Origin: Haemophilus parahaemolyticus
GTDB taxonomy: Bacteria; Pseudomonadota; Gammaproteobacteria; Enterobacterales; Pasteurellaceae
Length of the DNA stretch: 64,000 nt
Reading direction: 5' to 3'
Assembly (NCBI RefSeq): GCF_018373095.1
Contig: NZ_JAHAHT010000002.1
Coordinates: forward strand, 34-64,033
Shown here: positions 51,857 to 62,951 of the stretch, piece by piece
Position numbering within the stretch: position 1 is the first letter of the stretch
Layout: every line of letters starts with the position of its first letter
Notes under the pieces: generated by a model
Database searches by the model: none
Seen by the model: the letters and a program-made list of their open reading frames with translations, nothing else
What the model was told of the DNA's origin: nothing
Translations under genes and position numbers: made by a program

Positions 51857-52813
51857 ATGCTACTTGATATCCTCTACCTCGTCATCGGCTTAATCCTCCT
51901 CGTTTGGAGTGCCGATAAATTTGTGGATGGTGCATCAGCTACTGCACGCTACTTGGGGCTTTCGCCTCTACTTATCGGCATTGTGATCGTAGGCTTTGGC
52001 ACATCCACGCCTGAAATGCTTGTCTCAGCCTCTTCTGCATTAGACGGGGCATCTGGCTTAGCGTTGGGCAACGCTTATGGCTCGAACATCTCCAATATTG
52101 CCCTGATTTTAGGGGGGACCGCTGTGATCTCACCAATTTTGGTAGCAAAAGATGTGCTCAAAAAAGAGCTTCCTGCATTGCTGGCAATCACCGCACTTTC
52201 TGCCTATTTTTTAACTGATGCGACAGTTACTCAAACAGAAGCGGTCATTTTATTGGTCATTTTTGCCATTTATATGGGCTGGCGAATTTGGGAGGCGAGA
52301 AAATCGCCCGATGCGGTTGAGGAAGAAGAAAATCAAGCCCCCGTTTCGCTTAAAAAATCGGTGTTCTGGCTTGTAGTCGGCTTATTGCTGTTAGTGGCAA
52401 GCTCAAAATTGATGGTAGTCGGTGCAGTGTCACTTGCCAAAGAGCTAGGTGTAAGCGATTTAGTTATCGGCTTAACCATTGTGGCGGTGGGCACCTCTTT
52501 ACCTGAGCTCGCATCTTCCATTATCGCAGCACGCAAAGGCGAATCTGATTTAGCCCTCGGCAATATTGTCGGTTCAAACCTCTTTAATACCTTGATGGTA
52601 GTTGGCATTGCGGGAGTAATTAGCCCAATGCACGTTGAGCCTGATATTTTCAGCCGCGATATGCTAGTGATGTCTGCACTCACCGTGCTACTCGCTCTCT
52701 GCTGCTATCCATTCAGTCGCAAAAAACAAGGTAAAATTACCCGCTTTGAGGGATTTCTTTTGATACTCTGTTTTGTAGGCTATACTCTCTATTTACTTAA
52801 AAGTGTGGTTTAA
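51857..52813 (+). CDS. yrbG: CaCA-family Na+/Ca2+ antiporter-like inner membrane protein
   Basis: Two alpha-repeat motifs (..GTSTPEMLVS.., ..GTSLPELASS..) and ~10 TM segments. Confidence 0.9.
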   Translation: MLLDILYLVIGLILLVWSADKFVDGASATARYLGLSPLLIGIVIVGFGTSTPEMLVSASSALDGASGLALGNAYGSNISNIALILGGTAVISPILVAKDVLKKELPALLAITALSAYFLTDATVTQTEAVILLVIFAIYMGWRIWEARKSPDAVEEEENQAPVSLKKSVFWLVVGLLLLVASSKLMVVGAVSLAKELGVSDLVIGLTIVAVGTSLPELASSIIAARKGESDLALGNIVGSNLFNTLMVVGIAGVISPMHVEPDIFSRDMLVMSALTVLLALCCYPFSRKKQGKITRFEGFLLILCFVGYTLYLLKSVV

Positions 52814-52814
52814 A

Positions 52815-54560
52815 ATGTTACGTATTCTGATACTTCTCGTAAGTCTCTGCCTCTCGCTTAATGGTCAGGCGGGCTTATTTGATAAAAAACCGACTTTCCT
52901 CGCAAGCCAACAAGCGTTCCAATTTGACGCCAAGCAATCGGGCAACCAATTGGCACTAAATTGGCAAATCGCAGATGGCTACTACCTCTACCAAAAAGAG
53001 GTGCAAATTACCCCAATACAAGCCGAATTGGGTGAGTGGCAATTTCCGCCAGCGGAACGCCATCAAGATGAATTTTTTGGTGATGTGGAAATTTTCCGCA
53101 ACGAACTGAGCTTACAAATTCCGCTAAAATCGTCTCAAAATGGTTCGGTAGAAATTCGCTATCAAGGTTGCACCAAAGGCTTCTGTTATCCGCCTGAAAC
53201 GGTGAGCGTGCCTCTGCAAAATGTGGAAGCACAAGCGGTCGATTCTGCTCAAAATATTGCAAATTCAGCTGTTGCAAATTCTAGCGAAAATTCAACCGCT
53301 TCTAATATGGCAGGCATCAGCCAACAAGACCAACTTGCAAGCCAGCTTTCACAAAATCGCTTGTCGATTTTCTGGTTTTTCGTGTTGGGGGTAGGTTTGG
53401 CATTTACCCCGTGTGTGTTGCCAATGTTGCCACTGCTTTCCGCGATTGTAATCGGCAACCAACAACGTCCAAATAGCCTAAAAGCATTGCTACTCAGCCT
53501 CACTTACGTGCAAGGTATGGCACTCACTTACACCTCGCTTGGTTTGATTGTGGCAGCAATTGGCTTGCCATTCCAAATTGCCTTGCAAAGCCCGCCCGTG
53601 TTAATTGGCTTAGCGATTTTATTTACCTTGCTCGCGGCTTCCATGTTTGGCTTGTTTGAAATTCGCTTGCCAAATGCGTGGCAACAAAAGTTGAATGCAC
53701 TCAGCCAAAAACAATCAGGTGGTGCATTCGGTAGCGTGTTTATCATGGGGATAATCGCAGGCTTAGTTGCCTCACCTTGCACCTCTGCCCCACTTTCGGG
53801 TGCATTGCTTTACGTGGCTCAAAGTGGCGATCTATTCACGGGTGGTTTAGCACTTTATTTGCTCGCACTTGGAATGGGTATTCCACTTGTGTTGATCACT
53901 CTCTTTGGTAACAAAATTCTGCCTAAATCAGGCGATTGGTTACTAAAAGTAAAAACGGCTTTCGGTTTTGTAATGTTAGCGTTACCGATTTTCCTGATTG
54001 CCCGCTTATTACCAACTCAAATTGAACCCTTACTTTGGTCTACTTTAGCATTGGTATTCTTAGGTTGGATGATTAGCGTTATTCCTGCTACAGGTGTGTT
54101 GAAAAATGCGATTCGCATTGGTTTGTTTGCATTGTTTGCTTTATCTGCCTACCCGTGGGCAAATTTAGTGTGGGGCAATAGTTCACATTCAGTAGAAACC
54201 TCATCGCACGCCAAATTTATTCGCATTAGTTCATTAGCGGAATTAGACACTCAACTTGCCGAAGCGAAAGGTAAAAAAGTGATGTTTGATCTTTATGCCG
54301 ACTGGTGTGTCGCTTGCAAAGAGTTCGAAAAATACACTTTCTCTGATGCTAAAGTGCAACAAAAATTAGATGAAATGGTGTTATTACAAGTAGATATGAC
54401 TCGAAACTCATCTGACAACGATGCCATTATGCAACGCTTCCAAATCCTAGGATTACCAACAATTTTGTTCTTTGATGAACAAGGGCAAGAGATAAGCCAA
54501 ATGCGAATCACAGGATTTTTGGATGCTGAACAGTTTTTGGATTGGCTAACAAAAAAATAG
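52815..54560 (+). CDS. dsbD: thiol:disulfide interchange protein DsbD
   Basis: An N-terminal periplasmic alpha domain (..YQGCTKGFCYPPE..), a central TM domain with ..TPCVLPML.. and ..SPCTSAP.. Cys pairs, and a C-terminal thioredoxin-like domain (..YADWCVACKEFE..). Confidence 0.93.
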   Translation: MLRILILLVSLCLSLNGQAGLFDKKPTFLASQQAFQFDAKQSGNQLALNWQIADGYYLYQKEVQITPIQAELGEWQFPPAERHQDEFFGDVEIFRNELSLQIPLKSSQNGSVEIRYQGCTKGFCYPPETVSVPLQNVEAQAVDSAQNIANSAVANSSENSTASNMAGISQQDQLASQLSQNRLSIFWFFVLGVGLAFTPCVLPMLPLLSAIVIGNQQRPNSLKALLLSLTYVQGMALTYTSLGLIVAAIGLPFQIALQSPPVLIGLAILFTLLAASMFGLFEIRLPNAWQQKLNALSQKQSGGAFGSVFIMGIIAGLVASPCTSAPLSGALLYVAQSGDLFTGGLALYLLALGMGIPLVLITLFGNKILPKSGDWLLKVKTAFGFVMLALPIFLIARLLPTQIEPLLWSTLALVFLGWMISVIPATGVLKNAIRIGLFALFALSAYPWANLVWGNSSHSVETSSHAKFIRISSLAELDTQLAEAKGKKVMFDLYADWCVACKEFEKYTFSDAKVQQKLDEMVLLQVDMTRNSSDNDAIMQRFQILGLPTILFFDEQGQEISQMRITGFLDAEQFLDWLTKK

Positions 54561-54580
54561 TGAGATGCTTTTAGTGATTA

Positions 54581-54614
54581 AAAAAGGCTAAATTCCCAAA
54601 GAATTTAGCCTTTC
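54581..54614. terminator. bidirectional terminator between dsbD and pgdX
   Basis: AAAAAGGCTAAATTCccaaaGAATTTAGCCTTT. Confidence 0.65.
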
Positions 54615-54632
54615 GCTATAAAGTTATTTCAA

Positions 54633-55370
54633 TTATTTTACATCGAAATATACTTGTAAATCGTCGCTACCACCAATGTGTTTACCACCGATGAATACTT
54701 GTGGAACAGAAGTACGACCAGTAATTGCACGTACAGAAGTGGTTGAAGCATCTTTACCTAATACGATTTCTTCATATGGTAAGCCTTTCACTTCTAATAA
54801 TGCTTTCGCTTTTGAGCAGAATGGGCAACCAGGTTTAGTAATGATTGACACTGATGGTTTTGCTTCCCAAGATGGGTTTAAGTATTTGATCATTGTGTCT
54901 GCATCAGATACTTTGAACGGATCGCCTGGTTCTTGTGGTTCAATGAACATTTTTTCAACTACGCCGTTGTTCACGAACATAGAATAACGCCATGAACGGT
55001 CACCGAAGCCTAAGTCGTTTTTGCTTACTAACATACCCATACCGCGAGTGAAATCACCATTACCATCTGGAAGTACAGTGACGTTTTGGCACTCTTGATC
55101 CGCTTTCCATGCGTTCATAACAAATGTATCATTTACTGATAAACAAACGATTTCATCTACACCTAATGCATAAAACTCTTTCGCTAATTCGTTGTAACGT
55201 GGTAAATGAGTTGATGAACAAGTTGGGGTAAATGCACCTGGTAATGAGAAAACAACCACTTTTTTGTTGTTGAAAATTTCATCTGTAGTCACATCAACCC
55301 ATGTGTCGCCTTGACGTGTGTGGAATGTAACAGAAGGCACTTTTTGACCTGTCATATCTTTTAAAGACAT
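54633..55370 (-). CDS. pgdX: hybrid peroxiredoxin-glutaredoxin (Prx5-Grx fusion)
   Basis: The N-terminal Prx5 domain has the peroxidatic Cys (..GAFTPTCSSTHLP..). The C-terminal glutaredoxin has CPFC (..KPGCPFCSKAK..). Start at MSLKD with a GGAG RBS. Confidence 0.9.
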   Translation of the reverse strand: MSLKDMTGQKVPSVTFHTRQGDTWVDVTTDEIFNNKKVVVFSLPGAFTPTCSSTHLPRYNELAKEFYALGVDEIVCLSVNDTFVMNAWKADQECQNVTVLPDGNGDFTRGMGMLVSKNDLGFGDRSWRYSMFVNNGVVEKMFIEPQEPGDPFKVSDADTMIKYLNPSWEAKPSVSIITKPGCPFCSKAKALLEVKGLPYEEIVLGKDASTTSVRAITGRTSVPQVFIGGKHIGGSDDLQVYFDVK

Positions 55371-55492
55371 ATTTTTTCTCCAAAACAATAAATAAGAATT
55401 AAAAATCGCACGCATTTTATAGATAAATATGCCATAATTCATCTTATTCTATTGATAGGTAATATTTATAAATAAGTAAGGAAAAGGTTATC

Positions 55493-56383
55493 ATGAACAT
55501 CAGGGATCTGGAATATTTAATTTCATTAGCAGAATATAAACATTTCCGCCGTGCTGCCGATGCATGCAATGTGAGCCAGCCAACATTAAGCGGTCAAATT
55601 CGCAAATTAGAAGACGAATTAGGCACGATTTTACTTGAACGTACCAGCCGCAAAGTGCTTTTCACTCAAGCGGGTTTAGCATTAGTCGATCAAGCCAAAT
55701 CTGTATTACGTGAAGTGAAGGTGTTAAAAGAGATGGCAAGTAATCAGGGCAAAGAGATGTCGGGGCCACTTCACGTAGGCATTTTACCTACGCTCGGTCC
55801 ATACTTGTCACCTATCATCGTACCCGCAATGAAAGAGACATTCCCTGAGCTTGAGCTTTATTTATACGAATTACAAACATCCCAAATGGTGGATCAGCTC
55901 TCTGCAGGTCAGCTCGATTGCGGCATTTTGGCTTTTGTTAAAGAGAGTGAGCCTTTTATCGAAGTACCGCTTTTTAACGAAGAGATTTTGCTTGCGGTAT
56001 CAGATAAGCACGAATGGGCGAAAGAAAAACAACTGCCGATTTCAGTTTTAAAAGATAAAGAACTACTTTTCTTAGATGATGGACATTGCCTACGCACGCA
56101 AACGCTAGATTACTGCTTATCGGTTGGGGCGAAAGAGAGTGCCCATTTTAAAGCGACCAACTTGGAAACACTCCGCAATATGGTGGCAGCTAATGTGGGC
56201 ATTTCGCTGATTCCAAAATTTGCCGCGAAAGAAACAAGCGGTGTGAAATATATCTCATTTTGCGATCCAACACCGTTCCGTGCGATTGGCTTAATTTATC
56301 GCCCAGGTTCACCACTTCGCACCCGTTATGAACGCCTTGCCAAAGGTATCGAAGAAGTGATGAAAAAACAAGATGTTGAATAA
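55493..56383 (+). CDS. oxyR: hydrogen peroxide-inducible genes activator OxyR
   Basis: MNIRDLEYLISLAEYKHFRRAADACNVSQPTLSGQIRKLEDELG is almost identical to the E. coli OxyR N-terminus. Redox Cys in ..DDGHCLR.. Divergent from pgdX. Confidence 0.95.
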   Translation: MNIRDLEYLISLAEYKHFRRAADACNVSQPTLSGQIRKLEDELGTILLERTSRKVLFTQAGLALVDQAKSVLREVKVLKEMASNQGKEMSGPLHVGILPTLGPYLSPIIVPAMKETFPELELYLYELQTSQMVDQLSAGQLDCGILAFVKESEPFIEVPLFNEEILLAVSDKHEWAKEKQLPISVLKDKELLFLDDGHCLRTQTLDYCLSVGAKESAHFKATNLETLRNMVAANVGISLIPKFAAKETSGVKYISFCDPTPFRAIGLIYRPGSPLRTRYERLAKGIEEVMKKQDVE

Positions 56384-56401
56384 TCGACACAGAGATAAAA
56401 A

Positions 56402-57031
56402 ATGAGTCATGTAGGCATTCGAGCACAACAAAAAGAGAAAACCCGCCGTGCCCTTGTAGATGCGGCGTTCAACCAATTGAGTGCCGAAAAAAGTTTCAGC
56501 AACTTAAGTTTGCGGGAAGTCGCACGAGAGGCGGGTATTGCCCCAACCTCATTTTACCGCCACTTCAAAGATATGGACGAACTAGGCTTGGCAATGGTAG
56601 ATGAATCAGGTCTAGTGCTCCGCCAATTAATGCGTCAAGCTCGTAAACGTATTGAGAAAGGCGGCAGCGTGGTTGCCCTCTCGGTGGAAACTTTCTTTGA
56701 ACTGATTAACGACCGCCCAAACGTTTTCCGTTTATTATTACGTGAAAGTTCTGGCACATCGCAAGCTTTTCGAACTGCAGCTTCGCGTGAAATTCAGCAT
56801 TTTGTAGCAGAACTCACTGACTACATCTTAATGAAAAGCCCTGAATTAGAGCGTGAAATCGCTCATATTCAAGCAGAAGGCTTAGTCACTCTCGTTTTTA
56901 CTGCAGGTTCACACGCTTTAGATATGAACAACCAACAACGTGACGAACTCAAAAAACGGGTGATGACCCAACTTAGAATGCTGATGCACGGTGCATCGGC
57001 GTATAACAAAAAACCGAGATCTTACCTTTAA
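56402..57031 (+). CDS. fabR: TetR-family fatty-acid biosynthesis repressor FabR
   Basis: ..[51 protein letters not shown].. is collinear with E. coli FabR. Confidence 0.9.
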   Translation: MSHVGIRAQQKEKTRRALVDAAFNQLSAEKSFSNLSLREVAREAGIAPTSFYRHFKDMDELGLAMVDESGLVLRQLMRQARKRIEKGGSVVALSVETFFELINDRPNVFRLLLRESSGTSQAFRTAASREIQHFVAELTDYILMKSPELEREIAHIQAEGLVTLVFTAGSHALDMNNQQRDELKKRVMTQLRMLMHGASAYNKKPRSYL

Positions 57032-57079
57032 AATCTAAACTATCTGATAGCCGTCATATTCAATGGATTTAAAAATAAA

Positions 57080-58213
57080 ATGAAACAACAAATCATCTCT
57101 CTCACTCAAAACCTCATCCAGCGCCCTTCTATCAGCCCCAAAGATGAAGGCTGCCAACAAGTGATCGCAGAACGCTTGCAAGCGGTCGGATTTCAGATCG
57201 AATGGCTACCATTTGGCGACACGCTTAACTTATGGGCAACGCATGGGAAAGATTCACCTTGTTTAGCCTTTGCAGGTCATACTGACGTAGTACCTGTGGG
57301 TGATGAAAATGCGTGGACTTACCCCCCATTTGAAGCTCTCATTGTGGATAATATTCTTTATGGACGCGGGGCTGCCGATATGAAAGGTTCGCTCGCTGCC
57401 CTTGTAGTTGCCGCAGAAAATTTTGTGAAAAATAACCCAAACCACGCTGGCAAAATCGCTTTACTCATCACCTCTGACGAAGAAGCCGCCGCCAAAGATG
57501 GCACAGTAAAAGTGGTTGAAACCTTAATGGCACGCAATGAACCCATCCATTATGCTGTAGTGGGCGAACCTTCAAGCGGTAAAGTGCTAGGAGATGTAAT
57601 TAAAAATGGTCGCCGCGGTTCAATCACTGCTGAGCTTTACATTGAAGGCGTGCAAGGACACGTTGCTTATCCACATCTTGCCGAAAACCCTGTGCATACT
57701 TCGCTAAGTTTTTTGACAGAACTCACCACGTACCAATGGGACAACGGCAACGAATTCTTCCCTCCAACCAGTTTGCAAATCGCCAACATTAAAGCAGGCA
57801 CAGGTAGCAATAACGTGATCCCCGGTGAGCTTTATGTGCAATTTAACTTACGCTATTGCACCGAAGTGACCGATGAAGTTATTAAATCAAAAGTTTCCGA
57901 AATGCTGCAAAAACACAGCTTAAAACACCGAATTAGCTGGAACTTGTCAGGAAAACCGTTTCTTGCAGGCAATGGAAAGTTAGTCCAAGCTGCCCAACAA
58001 GCGGTCAAAAATGTAACCAAGATTACACCTCGTTTAGACACCAGTGGCGGCACATCAGACGGACGTTTTATCGCCCTAATGGGTGCCGAAGTAGTAGAAT
58101 TCGGCCCTCTCAATGCCACCATTCATAAAGTGAACGAGTGCGTAAATGTGGACGATTTAGGCAAATGTGGTGAAGTTTATTACCAGATTGCGGAAAAATT
58201 GTTGATTAAATAA
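57080..58213 (+). CDS. dapE: succinyl-diaminopimelate desuccinylase
   Basis: M20 family; ..[10 protein letters not shown].., ..GRGAADMKG.., ..SDEE.. motifs. 377 aa. Confidence 0.96.
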   Translation: MKQQIISLTQNLIQRPSISPKDEGCQQVIAERLQAVGFQIEWLPFGDTLNLWATHGKDSPCLAFAGHTDVVPVGDENAWTYPPFEALIVDNILYGRGAADMKGSLAALVVAAENFVKNNPNHAGKIALLITSDEEAAAKDGTVKVVETLMARNEPIHYAVVGEPSSGKVLGDVIKNGRRGSITAELYIEGVQGHVAYPHLAENPVHTSLSFLTELTTYQWDNGNEFFPPTSLQIANIKAGTGSNNVIPGELYVQFNLRYCTEVTDEVIKSKVSEMLQKHSLKHRISWNLSGKPFLAGNGKLVQAAQQAVKNVTKITPRLDTSGGTSDGRFIALMGAEVVEFGPLNATIHKVNECVNVDDLGKCGEVYYQIAEKLLIK

Positions 58214-58223
58214 TTGTAGAGAC

Positions 58224-58985
58224 GTGTTGTACTCGCCTCTACTCGAAGAACAACATAGTTGCTACATTTTATCTAAACAAGCGGTCAAAAAAATGCCAAA
58301 CTTTGCAAACCTTACCGATATTCTCACGGGCAAAAGCCGTGAGCATTTAATTGCATTGCCGAATGCACTATCGGACAAACACGCCTTGCAACCAGAAGCG
58401 GTAAAAGCTTTTTTAGCATTACAGCAAGCTGCCAAAAATGCAGGCTTTAATTTACAACCTGCCAGCACGTTTCGTGATTTTGAACGCCAGAAACTGATTT
58501 GGAACGCCAAATTTAATGGCGAGCGTAAAGTGCACAATGATAAAGGCAATGCGATTGAGCTGGAAGGCTTGAGTGATTGGCAAAAATGCCAAGCAATTTT
58601 ACGCTGGTCTGCTGTCCCAGGGGCAAGTCGCCATCACTGGGGAACAGAGATCGATTTCTTCGATCCTGATGTACTGCCTGCAGGCAAAAAATTGATGCTT
58701 GAACCTTGGGAATACCAGACAGGTGGTTACTTCCAGCGTTTAACCAACTGGTTGTTGGCAAATGCTGAAACGTTTGGTTTTTACTTCCCCTTTATGCCTG
58801 AAAACAACGAAGGTAAGCTCATTGGCGTTGAGCCTTGGCATATCAGTTATTTCCCTATTGCGGAGCTTTATCAACAACAATTTGCTACAAGCCACCTAAC
58901 ACAAGCCTGGGAAACGGAAGAGGTTGCAGGTAAAGAAGCACTTATCGCCCATTTTGACACGCTTTTTAAAGATTATATTTTGTAA
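58224..58985 (+). CDS. peptidase M15 (VanY/D-Ala-D-Ala carboxypeptidase-like) family protein. Start uncertain: 58224 or the ATG at 58293.
   Basis: M15 zinc-binding motifs ..[11 protein letters not shown].. and ..EPWHISY.. Confidence 0.8.
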   Translation: MLYSPLLEEQHSCYILSKQAVKKMPNFANLTDILTGKSREHLIALPNALSDKHALQPEAVKAFLALQQAAKNAGFNLQPASTFRDFERQKLIWNAKFNGERKVHNDKGNAIELEGLSDWQKCQAILRWSAVPGASRHHWGTEIDFFDPDVLPAGKKLMLEPWEYQTGGYFQRLTNWLLANAETFGFYFPFMPENNEGKLIGVEPWHISYFPIAELYQQQFATSHLTQAWETEEVAGKEALIAHFDTLFKDYIL

Positions 58986-59752
58986 TGACAATTCAATTGA
59001 TTAACGAAAATGGCGATGAAAACGCCTTCCAAGCCATTTGTGAAAAATGGCAACTACGCCACAATCCAGATGCTATTTTAGCTCTAGTACAAACACCCGA
59101 ACGCTTGGAATTACGCAAATTAGACGAACCAAAATTGGGTGCAATTGCGGTTAATTTTGTGGATGGCACGATGGCACATCGCCGTAAATTTGGCGGTGGA
59201 CGAGGCGAAGCAGTAGCGAAAGCAGTCGGCATTAAAGGTAGCTACTTACCCACCGTAATTGATGCAACCGCAGGGCTTGGGCGCGATGCATTCGTGCTCG
59301 CTGCCATTGGCTGTAAAGTGCAATTGATTGAGCGCAACCCCGTGGTTTCCGCCTTACTGGAAGATGGCTTAAAGCGGGCTTATCAAGATCCTGAAATTGG
59401 CGAATTTATGCAATCAAGGATGGTTTTATTGCCATTTCATACCATTAGTGAATATGCTACTGCGAATGAAGCACCTGTTGATGTGGTCTATTTCGATCCG
59501 ATGTTTCCACATAAACAAAAAAGTGCGTTGGTCAAAAAAGAGATGCGCGTATTCCAACATTTAGTGGGTGCAGATTTAGATTCGGATGATTTTTTCCAAC
59601 CAGCAAAACAAGTAGCTCGCAAACGCGTGGTAGTGAAACGTCCAAATTACGCCCCCTTTATTGCTGAACAAAAACCTGATTTTAGCCAAACGACCAAAAA
59701 TCACCGTTTTGATGTGTATTTATCCCATTTAACAGTTAAAGAAATCTTATGA
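58985..59752 (+). CDS. rsmJ: 16S rRNA (guanine1516-N2)-methyltransferase
   Basis: ..[31 protein letters not shown].. SAM-binding and ..[11 protein letters not shown].. are RsmJ/YhiQ family motifs. Confidence 0.9.
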   Translation: MTIQLINENGDENAFQAICEKWQLRHNPDAILALVQTPERLELRKLDEPKLGAIAVNFVDGTMAHRRKFGGGRGEAVAKAVGIKGSYLPTVIDATAGLGRDAFVLAAIGCKVQLIERNPVVSALLEDGLKRAYQDPEIGEFMQSRMVLLPFHTISEYATANEAPVDVVYFDPMFPHKQKSALVKKEMRVFQHLVGADLDSDDFFQPAKQVARKRVVVKRPNYAPFIAEQKPDFSQTTKNHRFDVYLSHLTVKEIL

Positions 59753-59789
59753 AATAGAGTAAAATAACCAACCATTTGTATAGAGAACT

Positions 59790-60803
59790 ATGAAACTAAA
59801 TTATCTATTAGGCAAACCTCAACAAGCGGGCAGATTAAAAACCGAATTTGCAGATTTTATCGTGCGAGAAGAACTGGGCTACCCACTTGCAGGTGAAGGC
59901 GAATTTGTTGCAGTAAAAGTACGTAAAACCAATGCCAATACCCTTTTTGTAGGCGAGCAGTTGGCAAAATTCGTAGGCATTTCCGCGAAAAATATGAGTT
60001 ATGCGGGCTTGAAAGATCGCCACGCAGTGACCGAGCAATGGTTCTGTTTACATTTAGCGGGTAAAGAAACGCCCGATTTTTCTGCCTTTGAATGTGAAGG
60101 CGTAGAGATCTTAGAAGTGACTCGTCATAACCGTAAAATCCGCACAGGTGCATTGGAAGGCAACTATTTCGAGCTTTTACTACGCGATGTAGAAGAAACC
60201 GATGAACTCAAACAACGCTTGAATCAATTGCAAGCGGTCGGTTTTCCTAATTATTTTACCGAACAACGTTTTGGGCGTGATGGGCATAATTTAACCCAAG
60301 CACAACGCTGGGCAAGCGGTGAAATTTCAGTAAAAGATCGCAAAAAACGCAGTTTTTACCTTTCCGCGGCTCGTTCGGAAGTGTTTAATTTAGTGGTTTC
60401 GCAACGGATTGCCGATCAGCAAATGCAAACAGTGTTATTAGGCGATTATCTGCAGTTGGCTGGCTCAAACAGCTTTTTTGAAGTGAAAGCAGAAGATTTA
60501 GTGCAATCACAACAACGTTTAGATGAAAATGATGTCTTACTCACCGCACCATTGATTGGCGAAAATTCGCTCGAACAGAAGGGTAATGAGCGTGAAAAAG
60601 CGATCGTAGCACAGCATGAAAACTTAATCAGTTTGATGAAAAAAGAGCGAATGAATGCCGCTCGTCGTGCGATATTGTGTAAACCGCAAGATCTCCATTG
60701 GCAGTTTGAACCTGAAGGATTACGCATAACATTCTTTTTAAATTCAGGCAGTTACGCAACGGGATTGGTGCGTGAATTAATCATATTAAACGAAGAAGAA
60801 TAA
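59790..60803 (+). CDS. truD: tRNA pseudouridine(13) synthase
   Basis: Collinear with E. coli TruD (..[15 protein letters not shown].. catalytic Asp; ..[22 protein letters not shown]..). Confidence 0.95.
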   Translation: MKLNYLLGKPQQAGRLKTEFADFIVREELGYPLAGEGEFVAVKVRKTNANTLFVGEQLAKFVGISAKNMSYAGLKDRHAVTEQWFCLHLAGKETPDFSAFECEGVEILEVTRHNRKIRTGALEGNYFELLLRDVEETDELKQRLNQLQAVGFPNYFTEQRFGRDGHNLTQAQRWASGEISVKDRKKRSFYLSAARSEVFNLVVSQRIADQQMQTVLLGDYLQLAGSNSFFEVKAEDLVQSQQRLDENDVLLTAPLIGENSLEQKGNEREKAIVAQHENLISLMKKERMNAARRAILCKPQDLHWQFEPEGLRITFFLNSGSYATGLVRELIILNEEE

Positions 60804-60807
60804 GAAA

Positions 60808-61587
60808 ATGATGAATATTTTAATGAGCAACGATGATGGCTTTCACGCAGAGGGCATTCAAACCCTCGCACGAATGTTGCGTGAAGCGGGTCATCGTATC
60901 ACCATTATTGCCCCAGATCGCAACCGTTCAGCAGCCTCTAACTGTTTAACACTGACAGAGCCGTTGCGTGTGCAAAAATTTGACGAATTTAACTATGCAG
61001 TGACTTCAGGTACGCCCGCAGATTGCGTGCATTTAGCCTTAAATGGTTTGCTAGAAAATGACTTTGATTTGGTGATTTCGGGTATAAATCACGGAGCGAA
61101 TTTGGGTGATGATATTATCTATTCGGGCACAGTAGCAGCTGCGTTAGAAGGGCGTCATCTGCCGCTGCCTTGCTTGGCAGTTTCACTTGTGGGTAAAAAA
61201 GGTAATGATAAACATTATGGGCATCTGTTTGGTTCGAACCACTTTGAAACCGCTGCTCGCGTGGTGTTAGAGCTTTTGCCCAAACTCAAACCAGAGATGA
61301 TTACACACCGTGAAATTTTAAATATCAACGTGCCCGATCTGCCGTATGAGGCACTAAAAGGCACAATGATTACTCGCCAAGGTAAGCGTTCACAAGCAGC
61401 AGAAATTGTGAAAACCGAAGATCCACGAGGTGGCACAATTTACTGGCTTGGAGCGAACGGCACCGCTATTGATGAGAGCGAAGGCACAGATTTTTATGCG
61501 ATCAACCAAGATTGTGTATCAATTACTCCGCTACAAGTGGATATGACAGCACACCATTCACTCACTGATTTACAACAAATTCTCTAA
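60808..61587 (+). CDS. surE: 5'/3'-nucleotidase SurE
   Basis: ..[49 protein letters not shown].. SurE motifs. Confidence 0.93.
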   Translation: MMNILMSNDDGFHAEGIQTLARMLREAGHRITIIAPDRNRSAASNCLTLTEPLRVQKFDEFNYAVTSGTPADCVHLALNGLLENDFDLVISGINHGANLGDDIIYSGTVAAALEGRHLPLPCLAVSLVGKKGNDKHYGHLFGSNHFETAARVVLELLPKLKPEMITHREILNINVPDLPYEALKGTMITRQGKRSQAAEIVKTEDPRGGTIYWLGANGTAIDESEGTDFYAINQDCVSITPLQVDMTAHHSLTDLQQIL

Positions 61588-61603
61588 AGAGAAGATAAAG
61601 TTT

Positions 61604-62188
61604 ATGCAATTATTTGGTACAATCTACGACAAAACGATGGTCTGGTCGAAGCACACGTACGCAGCGTATTGGCTCAGTTTTGTGAGCTTTATTGAAGCGA
61701 TTTTCTTCCCGATTCCGCCCGATGTAATGTTGATTCCAATGTCGATGGCAAAACCGCACAATGCGTTTAAATATGCACTTTATACGACCATTTCCTCAAT
61801 ACTCGGTGGCATAATTGGCTACTTTATCGGACTTTATGCATTCGAATGGGTGCAATCATTAATCGCAAACTGGGGAATGCAAGCCAGCTTTGACCAAGCA
61901 AAAGTGTGGTTTGAAGTTTGGGGTGTGGCAGTGGTTTTCCTTGCAGGTTTCTCGCCCATTCCATATAAAGTCTTTACCATTTGTGCAGGTGTAATGCAAA
62001 TGGCATTCTTCCCGTTTGTGATTACTGCAGCCATTTCGCGTTTTGCCCGTTTTATTTTGGTGGCAAAACTTTCAGCATGGGGTGGCGAAAAATATGCGGA
62101 TAAAATCCGCCGTTCGATCGAATTAATTGGCTGGGGTACAATTACGTTGGCAGTAATCGCTTATACTATTTATCAATTTACTAAATAA
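61604..62188 (+). CDS. YqaA/DedA-related inner membrane protein
   Basis: 194 aa with 4-5 TM segments and the ..FFPIPPDVMLIPM.. motif typical of the YqaA/SNARE-associated family. Confidence 0.8.
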   Translation: MQLFGTIYDKTMVWSKHTYAAYWLSFVSFIEAIFFPIPPDVMLIPMSMAKPHNAFKYALYTTISSILGGIIGYFIGLYAFEWVQSLIANWGMQASFDQAKVWFEVWGVAVVFLAGFSPIPYKVFTICAGVMQMAFFPFVITAAISRFARFILVAKLSAWGGEKYADKIRRSIELIGWGTITLAVIAYTIYQFTK

Positions 62189-62203
62189 AAACAGGATCCT
62201 AAT

Positions 62204-62752
62204 ATGAAAAAATCATTCCTTTTATTACCGCTTGTGGCGGCATTTGCATTAACAGCTTGTACTTCAAACAACTCAGCAGAAGTAACTGAAAGTTCATCCG
62301 ACACTCTTCCAAATGGAGGTACTTGGCAACCTGCGGATATTCAGCCAGCTGCGATGCCAAGCGGAATGAACCAACCTGTTTCTATGCCAAGTAAGATGAA
62401 TCAACCCACTTATCAACCCTCCTATACGCCTGCGCGAGTAACCGCAACTGTTGCTCCGTCTGTTGTAGCTTCACGCCCAAATCAGAATGCAACGAATACT
62501 GCAAATTATAACAATAATAGTACCCAAGATAGTATCGGTAACTGCCAGATCGTACGTGATAGTGCAGGCTCTCCAATTTATGCTCAAATGAGCAAAGGAT
62601 GCTATACCAAGAGTAGTTTTACCGTAGGAGCACAAGATACATTATTTTTCATCTCATTCTTGGCAGGTAAATCTGCAGAAGAGGTTGCGGCTCTAAATGG
62701 TATTAGTACAACAACTAAACTTAAAGTTGGACAAACTCTTCGTTTACGTTAA
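62204..62752 (+). CDS. lipoprotein with a proline-rich repeat region and a C-terminal LysM domain
   Basis: Lipobox LTAC. MPSGMNQP / MPSKMNQP repeats. The C-terminal ..GCYTKSSFTVGAQDTLFFISFLAGKSAEEVAALNGISTTTKLKVGQTLRL resembles LysM. Confidence 0.75.
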   Translation: MKKSFLLLPLVAAFALTACTSNNSAEVTESSSDTLPNGGTWQPADIQPAAMPSGMNQPVSMPSKMNQPTYQPSYTPARVTATVAPSVVASRPNQNATNTANYNNNSTQDSIGNCQIVRDSAGSPIYAQMSKGCYTKSSFTVGAQDTLFFISFLAGKSAEEVAALNGISTTTKLKVGQTLRLR

Positions 62753-62764
62753 TAGGTAATTACA

Positions 62765-62950
62765 ATGAAAAAAGTAATGTTATTTGCACTTTCTTGTGCA
62801 TTTTTAACCGCTTGTAGTACGGAAAAGGTACAAGATCCAAATGAATTATCCCCTGGCTTAATGCAACCTGTGGATAGTTCAGGCGCAACAAATGGTAGTT
62901 TTAGTTGGGGTGATTTTCAAAATGCACCAATGCCTGACTCAATGAAATAG
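62765..62950 (+). CDS. 61-aa lipoprotein resembling a duplicated NlpD N-terminus
   Basis: Lipobox LTAC. SPGLMQPVDSSGATNGSF..NAPMPDSM parallels NlpD SPGVMQPVVGTRASNNMG..VNMPSTM in the next gene. Confidence 0.5.
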   Translation: MKKVMLFALSCAFLTACSTEKVQDPNELSPGLMQPVDSSGATNGSFSWGDFQNAPMPDSMK

Positions 62951-62951
62951 A

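Noticed and set aside
59835-60153. Antisense ORFs within truD (59835..60038-, 59857..60153-)
   Set aside because: These are shadow ORFs with no homology or signals.
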